A stretch of 64,000 bases of DNA from Candidatus Competibacteraceae bacterium (GCA_039807445.1 JBDHRG010000001.1:3367-67366); one strand, 5' to 3'; positions 50,939 to 63,708 are shown, numbered from the stretch's first letter. A program made the numbers and translations. The notes: a model not told the origin generated them from the letters alone.

Positions 50939-51805
50939 TTACTTGGCGGCCTTGCGCACGGCCGTGATGTGCTTTTCCATCGCCTCGAAGGCCGGGCGCT
51001 CGGTCGAGTACATGACCTTGCGCGCGAACTCGACCGAAGCCATCGGATCGTAGCCGTTCAGGTTGGCGATGAAGGCGGCCTTGATCGCCTGGTAGTACTT
51101 GCTCGACTCGTCGAGCTTCTGCGTCATCAGGCTCGCCAGCGGGCCGATGAAGCCATAGGCGAGCAGCACGCCGAGGAAGGTGCCGACCAGCGCCGCGGCG
51201 ATCAGCTTGCCGAGCTCGGCCGGCGGCAGGCCGACCGATTCCATCGTGTGCACCACCCCCATCACCGCGGCGACGATGCCGAAGGCCGGCAGCGCGTCGG
51301 CGACCCACTGCACGGCGGTGATCGGGCGTGCGCCCTCGTGGTGATGGGTTTCGATGTCGAGGTCCATCAGGTTCTCGAGCTGGTTCAGATCGATGTTGCC
51401 CGACGACAGCAGGCGCAGGTAATCGGTGACGAACTCGACCGCGTGGTGGTCCTTCATCACCGTCGGCGCCTGCTCGAACAGCTTGCTCGACTTCGGGTCG
51501 TCGATGTCGGACTGCAGCGCCAGCAAGCCTTCCTTGCGGATCTTGGCGAAGATCAGATACAGCAGCGCCAGCGTCTCCATGTACAGCGCCTGCGTGTACT
51601 TGGCGCCCTTGAAGCAGTCACCGAGCGCGCCGGCGACCGCCTTGAGGATCGTGGTGCTGTTGCCGACGACCATCGCGCCGAGCGCGCAGCCGAAGATGAT
51701 CAGCAACTCGACCGGCTGGAACAGCACGCCGAGGTGGCCGCCGGCCATGGCATAGCCGCCGAGCGCGCAACCGAGGACGATGACGTAACCGATGATGACG
51801 AACAT
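50939..51805 (-). CDS. motA: flagellar stator protein MotA
   Basis: From ATG at 51805 (288 aa): MFVIIGYVIVLGCALGGY.., C-terminal ALPAFGIVAAVMGVV..LVGTFLGVLLAYGF is typical MotA. Confidence 0.92.
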   Translation of the reverse strand: MFVIIGYVIVLGCALGGYAMAGGHLGVLFQPVELLIIFGCALGAMVVGNSTTILKAVAGALGDCFKGAKYTQALYMETLALLYLIFAKIRKEGLLALQSDIDDPKSSKLFEQAPTVMKDHHAVEFVTDYLRLLSSGNIDLNQLENLMDLDIETHHHEGARPITAVQWVADALPAFGIVAAVMGVVHTMESVGLPPAELGKLIAAALVGTFLGVLLAYGFIGPLASLMTQKLDESSKYYQAIKAAFIANLNGYDPMASVEFARKVMYSTERPAFEAMEKHITAVRKAAK

Positions 51806-51936
51806 GGTTTTCCCTGCGCCGCCAGGGAGGACGCTGCGCGCCCTCGTGATACGTGATGATCGGGGACGAGGCGCCCGGTGGTGGCGGTAGCCGCCGGCAG
51901 GCGGACCACGCGCCCGGGATGCCTTGCTGAGCCCTG

Positions 51937-51963
51937 ATATCGGCAGCGCGGGACAAAGGTTTA
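51937..51963 (-). promoter_or_regulatory. putative sigma28 (FliA) promoter of motAB
   Basis: Minus strand reads TAAA (rc of 51960-51963), 15 nt, GCCGATAT (rc of 51937-51944). Consensus is TAAA-N15-GCCGATAA. About 130 nt upstream of the motA ATG. Confidence 0.6.
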
Positions 51964-52109
51964 GCGCGATCACGACGAGCGCCGTCCCCGGGCGCCCGCG
52001 GAGCTCAGGTGCCAGCCGCGTCTGGCCGGCCACCAGCGCCAGCCCGTACGGGCCGAGCGCGATCTCCAGCCCTCCGGCGGTGAAGCGGCCGACGAACACT
52101 ACCTTATCA

Positions 52110-52913
52110 TCAGTAGGTCCAGATCGGATCGGTCACGTAGCGGCGCAGGTCGTCGGGGATCGGCACCACGTCGATGCGGCGGTACTTGCGCTCGATGCGC
52201 TCGAGCGTGCCGTCGGCCTGCATTGCCGCGAAGGCTTCGGCCCAGCGCGCCGCCTCGGCATCGGGCAGGGTCTTCGAGGCCGCGAACCAGATCTCGCTCG
52301 AACGCACGATCTGGCCGATGCCCAGCGTCGCCAGGTCGCCGCGCACTTCCTTCATCGCGTGGATCACCATCAGCCGCGGCGCGAGCCAGGCGTCGATGCG
52401 TCGCCCCTTGAGCTTCTTCGCGTTCAGCCATTCCTCGGGCGCGGGCTCGAGGCGGGTGAAGCCCTGCTCGCGCAGCAACGCCTCGGCGCCGCTGCGCAGC
52501 AGCACGCCAGTCGGCCGGTCCCTGACCCTGTCGAGCGCCGACACGTCCACGCCCTGGCCGCCGACCAGCACCAGGTCGTCGGTGAGGATCTTCGCGATCC
52601 AGCGGTATCGGTCTTCGCGCTCGGGCGAGCGCGTCAGTGCCAGGATGCCGATGTCCGGCTGACTCAGCGCGATTTCCTGCGCGCGGAACCAAGGCAGGTA
52701 TTCGATCGTGCCCGAATGCCCGACGCGCCTGGCCATCTCGAACACGACTTCGTGCACCAGCCCCTGGCCGGGGCCGGGGTATTCGGCCACCGTCGCCGGC
52801 GGCACCTGAAAAGTGTACGGCGGCAGCTCGGCGGCGAGCAGCCGCAGCTCGGCCGCTGCCGGTGCGGCGACGAGCGCCGCGGCCAGCCAGAACCCGAATG
52901 CGTATCCGCGCAT
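52110..52913 (-). CDS. periplasmic substrate-binding protein, family 3 (orphan; no ABC partners nearby)
   Basis: From ATG at 52913 (267 aa): signal peptide ..APAAAELR; LPPYTF.., YLPWFRAQ.., TRSPEREDRY pattern of SBP_bac_3-like proteins. Starts 11 nt after the GntP stop. Confidence 0.75.
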   Translation of the reverse strand: MRGYAFGFWLAAALVAAPAAAELRLLAAELPPYTFQVPPATVAEYPGPGQGLVHEVVFEMARRVGHSGTIEYLPWFRAQEIALSQPDIGILALTRSPEREDRYRWIAKILTDDLVLVGGQGVDVSALDRVRDRPTGVLLRSGAEALLREQGFTRLEPAPEEWLNAKKLKGRRIDAWLAPRLMVIHAMKEVRGDLATLGIGQIVRSSEIWFAASKTLPDAEAARWAEAFAAMQADGTLERIERKYRRIDVVPIPDDLRRYVTDPIWTY

Positions 52914-52924
52914 GGCCGCCGCCC

Positions 52925-54310
52925 TCAGAAGGTGCCGAAGGCGGCGTTGAGCACCAGCACCAGCACGCTCGACAGCAGCGCCGACAGCGAGCCGACCACG
53001 AACAGGTCGAAGTACGAATCGCGGTGCGTCAGCGAGCAGATCGCCAGCAGCGTGATCACCGCGCCGTTGTGCGGCAGGATGTCCATCGCCGCCGAGCCGA
53101 GCGCGGCGATGCGGTGCATGATCTCGGGGTCGATGCCGGCCGTCTGCGCGGCGTGGGCGTAGTACTCGCCCATCGCGCCGAGCGCGAGGCTCATGCCGCC
53201 CGATGCCGAGCCGGTCATGCCGGCGAGCACGGTGACGACGACGAACAGCGAAGTCACCGGGTCGGAGCTGACCGACTTCAAGCCTTCGCGCACCACGGCG
53301 AAGGCGCCGAGGCTCGCGATCACCGCACCGTAGGCGACCTCCGAGGCGACGTTGGCCATCGGCAGCAGCGAGCCCAGCGTGCCCTTGTTGACGGTGTCGA
53401 GCAGCTTGGCGATGCGCCCGCGGTTGAGCAGCGCCACCAGCACGATCGCCACCAGCATCGCGATGATGATCGCCCAGATGCCGAGCACCGCCGACAGCGG
53501 CGTATTCCTGAACTTGGGCGTCGCCAGATAGCTGGTGTCCATCGCCGGGATCACGAAGTTGGTCGCGACGTAGTTCAGCGCGATCACCACCACGATCGGC
53601 GCCAGCGCCAGCCAGAACGGCGGCATGCCGGCCTCGGCGCCGCCCTCGAGCTTGTCGTCGTGCGTGCCGTAGCCCTCGCTGCGCGCACGCGCCTGCGCCA
53701 CGCGCCGGTTCAGCCACATCTGGCCGAAACCGAACATGAAGAGGGCGGCGATGATGCCCAGCCCCGGCGCGGCGAAGGTATTGGTGCCGAAGAACGGCAT
53801 CGGGATCGCGTTCTGGATCGCCGGCGTACCCGGCAGCGCCGTCATCGTGAAGGTGAACGAGCCGAGGCCGATCGCCGCCGGAATCAGGCGCTTGGGCACC
53901 TCGGCTTCGCGAAACAGCGATACCGCGATCGGGTACACCGAGAACGCCACCACGAACAGCGACACGCCGCCGTAGGTCAGCACCGCGCACGCCAGCACCA
54001 CCGCCAGCACCACGCGCTCGCGCCCCACCAGCGCGACGATCCGGTGCGCGATCGCGCGCGCCGAGCCCGAATCGTCCATCAGCTTGCCGAACACCGCACC
54101 GAGCATGAACAGCGGGAAGAACTTGGCGAAGTAGTTGCCGAGCGCCGGCATGTAGGTCTGCGTATAGGTGGCGAGCAGCGGCGCGTCGCCCCAGTTGAAC
54201 AGCAGCGCGACCGTGGCGCAGAACGGCGCGATGAAGATCACGTTCCAGCCGCGGTAAGCCAGGTAGATCAACAGACCGAGCGAAACCAGGATGCCGATGA
54301 TGCCGACCAT
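52925..54310 (-). CDS. GntP-family secondary permease (organic-acid:H+ symporter type)
   Basis: 461 aa polytopic protein. N-terminus ILVSLGLLIYLAYRG..., FGKLMDDSGSA, C-terminal HNGAVITLL motifs resemble the GntP family. Substrate unknown. Confidence 0.85.
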   Translation of the reverse strand: MVGIIGILVSLGLLIYLAYRGWNVIFIAPFCATVALLFNWGDAPLLATYTQTYMPALGNYFAKFFPLFMLGAVFGKLMDDSGSARAIAHRIVALVGRERVVLAVVLACAVLTYGGVSLFVVAFSVYPIAVSLFREAEVPKRLIPAAIGLGSFTFTMTALPGTPAIQNAIPMPFFGTNTFAAPGLGIIAALFMFGFGQMWLNRRVAQARARSEGYGTHDDKLEGGAEAGMPPFWLALAPIVVVIALNYVATNFVIPAMDTSYLATPKFRNTPLSAVLGIWAIIIAMLVAIVLVALLNRGRIAKLLDTVNKGTLGSLLPMANVASEVAYGAVIASLGAFAVVREGLKSVSSDPVTSLFVVVTVLAGMTGSASGGMSLALGAMGEYYAHAAQTAGIDPEIMHRIAALGSAAMDILPHNGAVITLLAICSLTHRDSYFDLFVVGSLSALLSSVLVLVLNAAFGTF

Positions 54311-54361
54311 GTTATGAACTTCCTCGATGGCAGCGCGCCACGCGGCGCGCAGGAGCCCTGT

Positions 54362-54377
54362 ATCAATCCCCGTGCCA
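54362..54377 (-). promoter_or_regulatory. possible sigma54 promoter of the GntP-SBP operon
   Basis: Minus strand reads TGGCACGgggaTTGAT versus TGGCACG-N4-TTGCW. Perfect -24 element and spacing, but -12 GC is replaced by GA. 51 nt before the ATG; a sigma54 activator gene lies immediately upstream. Confidence 0.35.
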
Positions 54378-54557
54378 GCTTGTTGAGGGTTGCTGAAAAT
54401 CCAGACCGATCAAGGCCACAGGTTTTTTCCGACGGTCATGTGCGGCCTGATTGTCGCGGCCGCATGTACGATTTTGCAGACAACCGCCTCCGGATGGCTT
54501 GGCCGCAAGCCGTCAATTAGCTGATTCAGAAGGGAAAAACCATCAAACGTCCGAAAA

Positions 54558-54617
54558 TCCGGACAAATCCGCATTTCCGGACATCTGCGTCATCGAAAAT
54601 GCGAACCGGAAATCCGG
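54558..54617. promoter_or_regulatory. cluster of TCCGGA/AAATCCGG inverted repeats (candidate enhancer/UAS)
   Basis: TCCGGAcAAAT-CCGC-ATTTCCGGA (54558-54581, imperfect palindrome) and CCGGA-AA-TCCGG (54606-54617). The octamer AAATCCGG, or AAATCCGC, occurs three times, 180-255 bp upstream of the putative -24/-12 element. An IHF-like ATCAGCTAATTG (rc of 54514-54525) lies between them. Confidence 0.35.
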
Positions 54618-54673
54618 CCCGCCAGTTCATCGACCGTGAATTGCGGGTGCGGACAAGACGCTGAAATCAGACA

Positions 54674-56098
54674 TCAGTCGAGGCGGCCGAGGTAAGCCAG
54701 CTTTTCGTACAGCGTCGCGCGCGAGATGCCGAGCAGCCGGGCCGCCTCGACCTTGCGTCCGCCGCTCGCGGCGAGCGCGGCGCGGATCGCCGCGCGCTCG
54801 GCACCGGCCACGGCTTCGGCGAGCGGCATTACCCCGCGGGTCGCCGCGGCGCACGACGGCACCGCCGGCGCGAGGATGCCGTCGAAGTCATCCGCTTCGA
54901 GCCGCGGCCGGTCGGCGAGCATCGCCGCGCGCTCGAGCACGTTGCCGAGCTCGCGCACATTGCCGGGCCAGGCATAGGCCGCGAGCAGGCCGAGCGCCGA
55001 CGGCGCCAAGCTGCGGCGCGCGCCCCCATCGCGTTCGGCGAGGCGTTCGAGCAGGCTTTCGGCCAGCGCCGGCAAGTCTTCCAGCCGCTCGCGCAGCGGC
55101 GGCAGCCGTATCGGCAGCACGTTGAGGCGGAAGTACAGGTCGGCGCGGAAGCGGCCGTCGGCGACCATCACCGGCAAGTCGCGGCTGGTGGCGGCGATCA
55201 CGCGCACTTCGACGCGCTGCACGCGGTTCGAGCCGAGCGGCTCGATCTCCTGCTCCTGCAGCACCCGCAGCAACTTGGCCTGCAGGTGCACCGGCATGTC
55301 GCCGACCTCGTCGAGGAACAGCGTACCGCCGTCGGCGAGCTTGAACTTGCCGTCGCGGCCCTTGCGATCGGCGCCGGTGTAGGCGCCGGGGGCGACGCCG
55401 AAGAACTCCGCCTCGAGCAGCCCCTCGGGCACCGCGGAGACGTTGATGCCGACGAAGGGCCGGCCGCTGCGCGCCGAACTCGCGTGGATCGCCTGCGCGA
55501 CCAGTTCCTTGCCGGTGCCGGTCTCGCCGAGCAGCAGCACCGTCGCGTCGACTTGCGCGGCACGGCGCGCCTGGCGCTTGAGCTCGGCAGCCGCCGCGCT
55601 GTCGCCGACGAAGTGCCCGAAGCTGTAGCGCGCGCGCCGCTGCTGCGACAGCTCGCGCCGCGCCGCCTCGAGGTCCGCCGTCAGGCGGCTGAACTTGGTC
55701 ATTAGCGGCTGCAGCGAGCGCGGATCGTCGTACAGCACGAAACCGAAGCCGCCGATCACCTGCCCCGCGGCATCGCGCAGCGGCAGGCGCGTGACCACCA
55801 TCGAGCGTTCGCCGTGCTGCATGATGTCGAGCAGGATCGGACGGCCGGTTTGGATCACTTCGCGCATCAGGCTGCTCGGGATCACCTCTTCGACCGGCCG
55901 CCCGAGCGCCGCCGTCGGGTCGGGCAGCCCGAGGAAGGCCGCGTACTGCTCGTTGATCCAGACGATGCGTGCCTCGCGGTCGACCGCGACCGCGCCCTCG
56001 CTGGCGGATTCGAAGTAATCGAACAGCGATTGCGCCGCCAGGCGGCGGGCACTCTCGGCATGCTCGAGGAAGCTGGGAAGGCGGTGGACCTGGGCCAT
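54674..56098 (-). CDS. sigma54-dependent transcriptional activator (PAS sensor, AAA+ domain, Fis-type HTH)
   Basis: From ATG at 56098 (474 aa): PAS-like N-terminus, Walker [15 protein letters not shown] (variant of GAFTGA), [20 protein letters not shown]-terminal [16 protein letters not shown]. Confidence 0.88.
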   Translation of the reverse strand: MAQVHRLPSFLEHAESARRLAAQSLFDYFESASEGAVAVDREARIVWINEQYAAFLGLPDPTAALGRPVEEVIPSSLMREVIQTGRPILLDIMQHGERSMVVTRLPLRDAAGQVIGGFGFVLYDDPRSLQPLMTKFSRLTADLEAARRELSQQRRARYSFGHFVGDSAAAAELKRQARRAAQVDATVLLLGETGTGKELVAQAIHASSARSGRPFVGINVSAVPEGLLEAEFFGVAPGAYTGADRKGRDGKFKLADGGTLFLDEVGDMPVHLQAKLLRVLQEQEIEPLGSNRVQRVEVRVIAATSRDLPVMVADGRFRADLYFRLNVLPIRLPPLRERLEDLPALAESLLERLAERDGGARRSLAPSALGLLAAYAWPGNVRELGNVLERAAMLADRPRLEADDFDGILAPAVPSCAAATRGVMPLAEAVAGAERAAIRAALAASGGRKVEAARLLGISRATLYEKLAYLGRLD

Positions 56099-56214
56099 CG
56101 GCGCGGCGGCGAAACAGCGGCATGGATGCACAACCATAGTGCGCCGCGCCGACATCCGAAAGCTGCATCGCAACATGCGGCAGCACGGCCTACAGGCAGG
56201 ATGCCGCTACCACG

Positions 56215-56242
56215 GATGGGTGATGGGTGATGGGTGATGGGC
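56215..56242 (+). repeat. heptanucleotide tandem repeat (GATGGGT)x3 plus GATGGGC
   Basis: gatgggt gatgggt gatgggt gatgggc gives four GGG runs spaced by exactly 4 nt. Lies between the LysR stop (56262) and the activator start (56098). Confidence 0.9.
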
Positions 56243-56261
56243 CCATTTCCCCTCCCCATAA

Positions 56262-57164
56262 TCAGGCGATCCAGGGGGCGAACACGCCGGGCTGCTCGAG
56301 CGCGCGCAGGAACCACTTCAGCGCCCGCCCTTGTGCGCCGTTGCGCCAGGCGAGGTAGTGCGGCGCCGGCGGCGTCTCGCCCTCGATGCGCTTGCGCAGC
56401 AGCCGTCCGCCGGCGAGCTCGTCGCGCACCCAGGCCAGCGGCATGTGGCCCACGCCCAGGCCGCGGCGGTGCGCCTCGAGCTTGGCTTCCATCGTCGGCA
56501 CCGTCAGCACCTCCTGGCCGCTGAGGATCGACGCCGTGCGCGGCGGCAACTGGCGCGAGCTGTCGGCGACCGCCACCACGCGGTGCGCGAGGACCTCGTC
56601 TTCGCTGAGCGGCTCGGGGACTGCCGCCAGCGGGTGTTGCGGCGCACAGACGAAGACGAATTCGACCGCGCCGATCGGGCGCACCGAGTAGCCGCCCCCC
56701 GGCGGTCCGTCGCCCGCAGCGGCGATCACCAGGTCGGCGCGCCCCGACACCAGCGCGTCCCAGGTGCCGCCCAGCACCTCGGTTGCGAGCTTCAGCCGCG
56801 TGCCCGTCGTCTCGCGGTAGAACGCCTCGACCAGCGGGTAGACCCACTCCAACGGCAGCGCGCTGCCGACGGCGATGCCGAACTCGGCTTCCCAGCCGGT
56901 CGCGACGCGCTTGACCAGGCATTCGAGCTCGCCGGCGGCGCGCAACAGATAACGCCCCTCGGCCAGCAGGTGCTCGCCGACCGGGGTCAGCTTCGCGCGG
57001 TGGCCGCTGCGGTCGAACACCTGCACGTTCAGATCCTGCTCGAGCTTCTGCACGGTGTAGGTGATCGCCGAGGGTACCCGGTGCAGCTCTTCGGCGGCGG
57101 CGGCGAAGCTGCCGCGGCGGGCGATCGCGTCGAGCACGGCGAGGGCGTCGAGAGTCAGGCGCAT
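56262..57164 (-). CDS. LysR-family transcriptional regulator
   Basis: MRLTLDALAVLDAIARRGSFAAAAEELHRVPSAITYTVQKLEQDL (LysR HTH) plus a substrate-binding domain. ATG at 57164; the track uses GTG at 57170. Confidence 0.88.
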   Translation of the reverse strand: MRLTLDALAVLDAIARRGSFAAAAEELHRVPSAITYTVQKLEQDLNVQVFDRSGHRAKLTPVGEHLLAEGRYLLRAAGELECLVKRVATGWEAEFGIAVGSALPLEWVYPLVEAFYRETTGTRLKLATEVLGGTWDALVSGRADLVIAAAGDGPPGGGYSVRPIGAVEFVFVCAPQHPLAAVPEPLSEDEVLAHRVVAVADSSRQLPPRTASILSGQEVLTVPTMEAKLEAHRRGLGVGHMPLAWVRDELAGGRLLRKRIEGETPPAPHYLAWRNGAQGRALKWFLRALEQPGVFAPWIA

Positions 57165-57288
57165 CGTCACCTCATCATCGGCGGATCGGGTAGTTCCTGT
57201 TTAGCCGCTCGTGCCGCGGCGGTCGAGGTCGGCCATGCGCGCATGTAGTATCATGGTCGGCTTTTTCGGCATCGGGGGGTTTACGTCC

Positions 57289-60069
57289 GTGAGCGAGTTC
57301 GTCGGCGGCCAGCGCTGGATCAGCGAAACCGAACCCGAACTGGGGCTGGGCATGGTGCTGTCGTGCGACACCCGGCGGGTGACGCTGCTGTTCCACGGCA
57401 GCGGCGCGATGCGCCAGTACGCCCGCGCCGGCGCACCGCTCAAGCGCGTGCGCTTCCAGCCCGGCGATACCGTGCACAGCCACGAAGGCTGGGCGTTCAC
57501 GGTCGAGGTGGTCGAGGAGCAGGGCGGCTTGCTGACTTACCGCGGCGCGGGGCGCGAGCTGCACGAGACGGCGTTGTCGAACTACATCAGCTTCAGCAAG
57601 CCGCAGGATCGCCTGTTCGCCGGCCAGATCGACCCTTCGCGCCAGTTCGAGCTGCGCATCGAGGCGCTCGAGCGCCAGGCGGCGGCGCGGCGCAGCCCGC
57701 TGCGCGGCCTGCTCGGCGCGCGCATCGAGCTGTTGCCACACCAGCTCTACATCGCGCACGAGGTCGCCGAGCGCCACGCACCGCGCGTGCTGCTGGCCGA
57801 CGAGGTCGGCCTGGGCAAGACCATCGAGGCCGGGCTGATCCTGCACCGCCTGATCGTCGGCGGCCGTGCCGCGCGCGCGCTGGTGGTGGTTCCCGAGCCG
57901 CTGCTGCACCAGTGGACCGTCGAGATGCTGCGCCGCTTCAACCTGGCGTTCAGCCTCTACGACGAAGAGCGCTGCGCGCAGGCCGGCAGCGCCAACCCCT
58001 TCCTCGCCGAGCAGCTGGTGCTGCTCGGCCTCGACTTCCTCGTCGCCCACCCCGAGCGCGCCGAGCAAGCCGCCGCAGCCGGCTGGGATCTCCTGATCGT
58101 CGACGAGGCGCACCATCTCGGCTGGACGCCGCACGGTGCGAGCCCCGAATACACGCTGGTCGAGCGCCTGGCCGCGCGTACCCCGGGGCTGCTGCTGTTG
58201 ACCGCGACCCCCGAGCAGCTCGGCGAAGCCGGGCACTTCGCGCGCCTGCGCCTGCTCGATCCGCAGCGCTTCCACGACCTCGATGCCTTCCTCGCCGAAA
58301 CCGGGCACTACCGCGCGATCGCTGCGGTGGTCGAGGCGCTGCTCGCTGCCCGGGCGCTGGAGAGCGCCGAACGCGCCGAGCTGCTCGGCTGGCTGGCCGG
58401 CGACGCAGCCGAGCTCGCCGCGCTCGACGGCGCCGACGCGGACGCTGCGCGCGAACGCATCGTCGCCGAACTGCTCGACCGCCACGGCACCGGGCGCGTG
58501 CTGTTCCGTAACACGCGCGCCGCGATGCCGAGCTTCCCGAGCCGCGTGCTCTGCCCGCTGCCGCTGCCCTGTCCCGAGGCTTACGGCGGGCTCGAGGCGA
58601 GTCTGACGCCCGAGCGCGCCTGGCGCGGCGAAACGCCGTGGTGGCGTGTCGATCCGCGCGTCGATGCGCTGGCCGAGTGCCTCGCCGCCGGCGACAAGGT
58701 GCTGGTGATCTGCGCACGCAGGGAAACCGTGCTCGAGCTCGACGAGGCGCTGCGCATCAGGAGCGGCGTGCCGGTGGCGCTGTTTCACGAAGACATGGCG
58801 CTACTCGCGCGCGACCGCGCCGCGGCCTGGTTCGCCGACCGCGACGGCGCACGCGCGCTGATCTGCTCCGAGATCGGAAGCGAGGGCCGCAACTTCCAGT
58901 TCGCGCAGCACCTGTTCCTGTTCGACCTGCCGCTCGAGCCCGAGCTGCTCGAGCAACGCATCGGGCGGCTGGACCGCATCGGTCAGCGCGCCGACATCCG
59001 CATCCACGTGCCCTACCTGAGGGGTACGGCGCAAGAGACGCTGTACCGCTGGTACGTCGAGGGGCTGAACGCGTTCGCCGCGCACGCGCGCGCCGCACAA
59101 GCGGTGTTCGAACGCATCGCGCCGCGGCTGCGCGCCGCGCTCGAGGGCTGCGAGGACGTCGCGTCGCTGCTCGCCGCCACGGTGGCGCTGAACGCCGCGC
59201 TGGGCGATGCGCTCGAGCGCGGTCGCGACCGCCTGCTCGAGCTGCACTCGTTTCGGGAAGCACCGGCGCGCGTGCTGGCCGCGGACATCGCCGCCGCCGA
59301 CGCCGACCCGACGCTCGAGCGCTTCATGGAGCGACTGTTGGACCACTTCGGCGTCGACCAGGAAGAGCACTCCGAACACGCCGTGGTGCTGAAGCCCGGC
59401 GAGCACATGTTCACCTCGGCCTTCCCGGGACTGCCCGACGCGGGGCTGACGGTCACGTATTCGCGCGCGCGGGCGCTGGGGCGCGAAGACATGGGCTTTT
59501 TGAGCTGGGACCACCCGATGGTCGATGGCGCGCTCGAGCTCCTGCTCGGCACCGAGCACGGCAATGCCGCCTGCAGCGCCTGGCGCCTCTACACCGCCGA
59601 CCTGCCCGAGTTGCTGGTCGAAGCGGTGTTCGTGCTCGAGTGCGTCGCCCCCGGCGCGCTCGGCGCCGACCGCTTCCTGCCGCCGACGCCGCTGCGCGTG
59701 CTGATCGACCCGCAGCTGCACGAGCTCGGCGCGCAGTTCGGCAGCGCGGCGCTCGGCGTCATCGACCTGCCCACGCCCGAGGCGCGCGAGGTGCTGACGG
59801 CCAACCAGCGCCTGCTCAAGCGCATGCTGACCAGCGCCGAGCACACCGCCGCCGACCGCGCCGATGCGAAAGTCAAGGATGCGCTGGCGCGGATGCAGGC
59901 CGAGCTGACGCCCGAGGTCGAGCGCCTGCGCCGGCTGGCCGCGGTCAACCCGAGCGTGCGCGCCGAAGAGATCGAGTTCGCCGAAACCCGCATCGCCGAG
60001 CTGTACCGGCACTTGAGCGCCGCGCGCGTGCGCTTCGACGCGTTGCGCGTGGTCGTGCGCCGCGGCTGA
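57289..60069 (+). CDS. rapA: RNA polymerase-associated SNF2 ATPase RapA (HepA)
   Basis: GQRWISETEPELGLG.., FSKPQDRLFAGQID, LLPHQL, LLADEVGLGKTIEAG, DEAHHL are RapA blocks. Start ambiguous: GTG 57289 aligns best with the E. coli N-terminus; ATG 57253 is possible. Confidence 0.9.
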   Translation: MSEFVGGQRWISETEPELGLGMVLSCDTRRVTLLFHGSGAMRQYARAGAPLKRVRFQPGDTVHSHEGWAFTVEVVEEQGGLLTYRGAGRELHETALSNYISFSKPQDRLFAGQIDPSRQFELRIEALERQAAARRSPLRGLLGARIELLPHQLYIAHEVAERHAPRVLLADEVGLGKTIEAGLILHRLIVGGRAARALVVVPEPLLHQWTVEMLRRFNLAFSLYDEERCAQAGSANPFLAEQLVLLGLDFLVAHPERAEQAAAAGWDLLIVDEAHHLGWTPHGASPEYTLVERLAARTPGLLLLTATPEQLGEAGHFARLRLLDPQRFHDLDAFLAETGHYRAIAAVVEALLAARALESAERAELLGWLAGDAAELAALDGADADAARERIVAELLDRHGTGRVLFRNTRAAMPSFPSRVLCPLPLPCPEAYGGLEASLTPERAWRGETPWWRVDPRVDALAECLAAGDKVLVICARRETVLELDEALRIRSGVPVALFHEDMALLARDRAAAWFADRDGARALICSEIGSEGRNFQFAQHLFLFDLPLEPELLEQRIGRLDRIGQRADIRIHVPYLRGTAQETLYRWYVEGLNAFAAHARAAQAVFERIAPRLRAALEGCEDVASLLAATVALNAALGDALERGRDRLLELHSFREAPARVLAADIAAADADPTLERFMERLLDHFGVDQEEHSEHAVVLKPGEHMFTSAFPGLPDAGLTVTYSRARALGREDMGFLSWDHPMVDGALELLLGTEHGNAACSAWRLYTADLPELLVEAVFVLECVAPGALGADRFLPPTPLRVLIDPQLHELGAQFGSAALGVIDLPTPEAREVLTANQRLLKRMLTSAEHTAADRADAKVKDALARMQAELTPEVERLRRLAAVNPSVRAEEIEFAETRIAELYRHLSAARVRFDALRVVVRRG

Positions 60070-60238
60070 ACCGGCGGAGGCCGCCGGCGTCGAATCGACG
60101 GCGTGCGGTTTCGTCAACGTTTGTTGCAACCCGCCACGGGGTGCGACCACGACCGCCGCGCCGCGCTACAGTCTGCCGGCGCGGGCGTGGCCGCGCGATG
60201 GCCGACACGAACAAGGACCCCGGTTGCACGAGTCGAAC

Positions 60239-63235
<2,997 letters not shown>

Positions 63236-63351
63236 TACGGGGCTCTGCCAGACAGTCGGCAAGCTCGGCGATTCGCCGACTGCCGACGGCGACGGGCGGC
63301 ACGCTGCCCGCCCGGCTGCGCAATCCGCATCCTTGCGACGCATGCGGCTCC

Positions 63352-63386
63352 GGCCGGTTCTGGTCAGACCGGAACCGGCCTTATTT
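63352..63386 (+). terminator. putative Rho-independent terminator after the hybrid kinase gene
   Basis: ggccggttctggtc / gaccggaaccggcc stem with one G-U pair, followed by TTATTT. Confidence 0.55.
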
Positions 63387-63708
63387 CACCAAACAAGCCG
63401 ATTGCAGGGGCTTTTTTCGTATCCTGCCAAAAACACCCCGACACACCATCGAAAGCCCTCTAAGCCACTGCCATCACGGTGGTTTTCATTTTCCATCCAC
63501 ATCACTTTCCGGCACCGGAAGCACTTGCTCTTCCCGGGACGTATTCGGTTAAACTCGGCGCCGGTCTGGATCGCCGTCCCACCATTCCGCATGCAAAAAA
63601 GTCGGGAGGACGGGCAAGCCGCGCTTTCAGGAGTCACCGGCGTGGGCGCGAGGCGGCCAGCCGCAGAACTGAGGTGCAATTCCAAAAGCCACAACGAGGG
63701 AATGCGGC

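Noticed and set aside
63511-63528. GGCACcggaagcacTTGC upstream of yjcH as a sigma54 promoter.
   Set aside because: GG-to-GC spacing is 14 nt (or 8 nt using the alternative GG) instead of 10, which is incompatible with a -24/-12 promoter.
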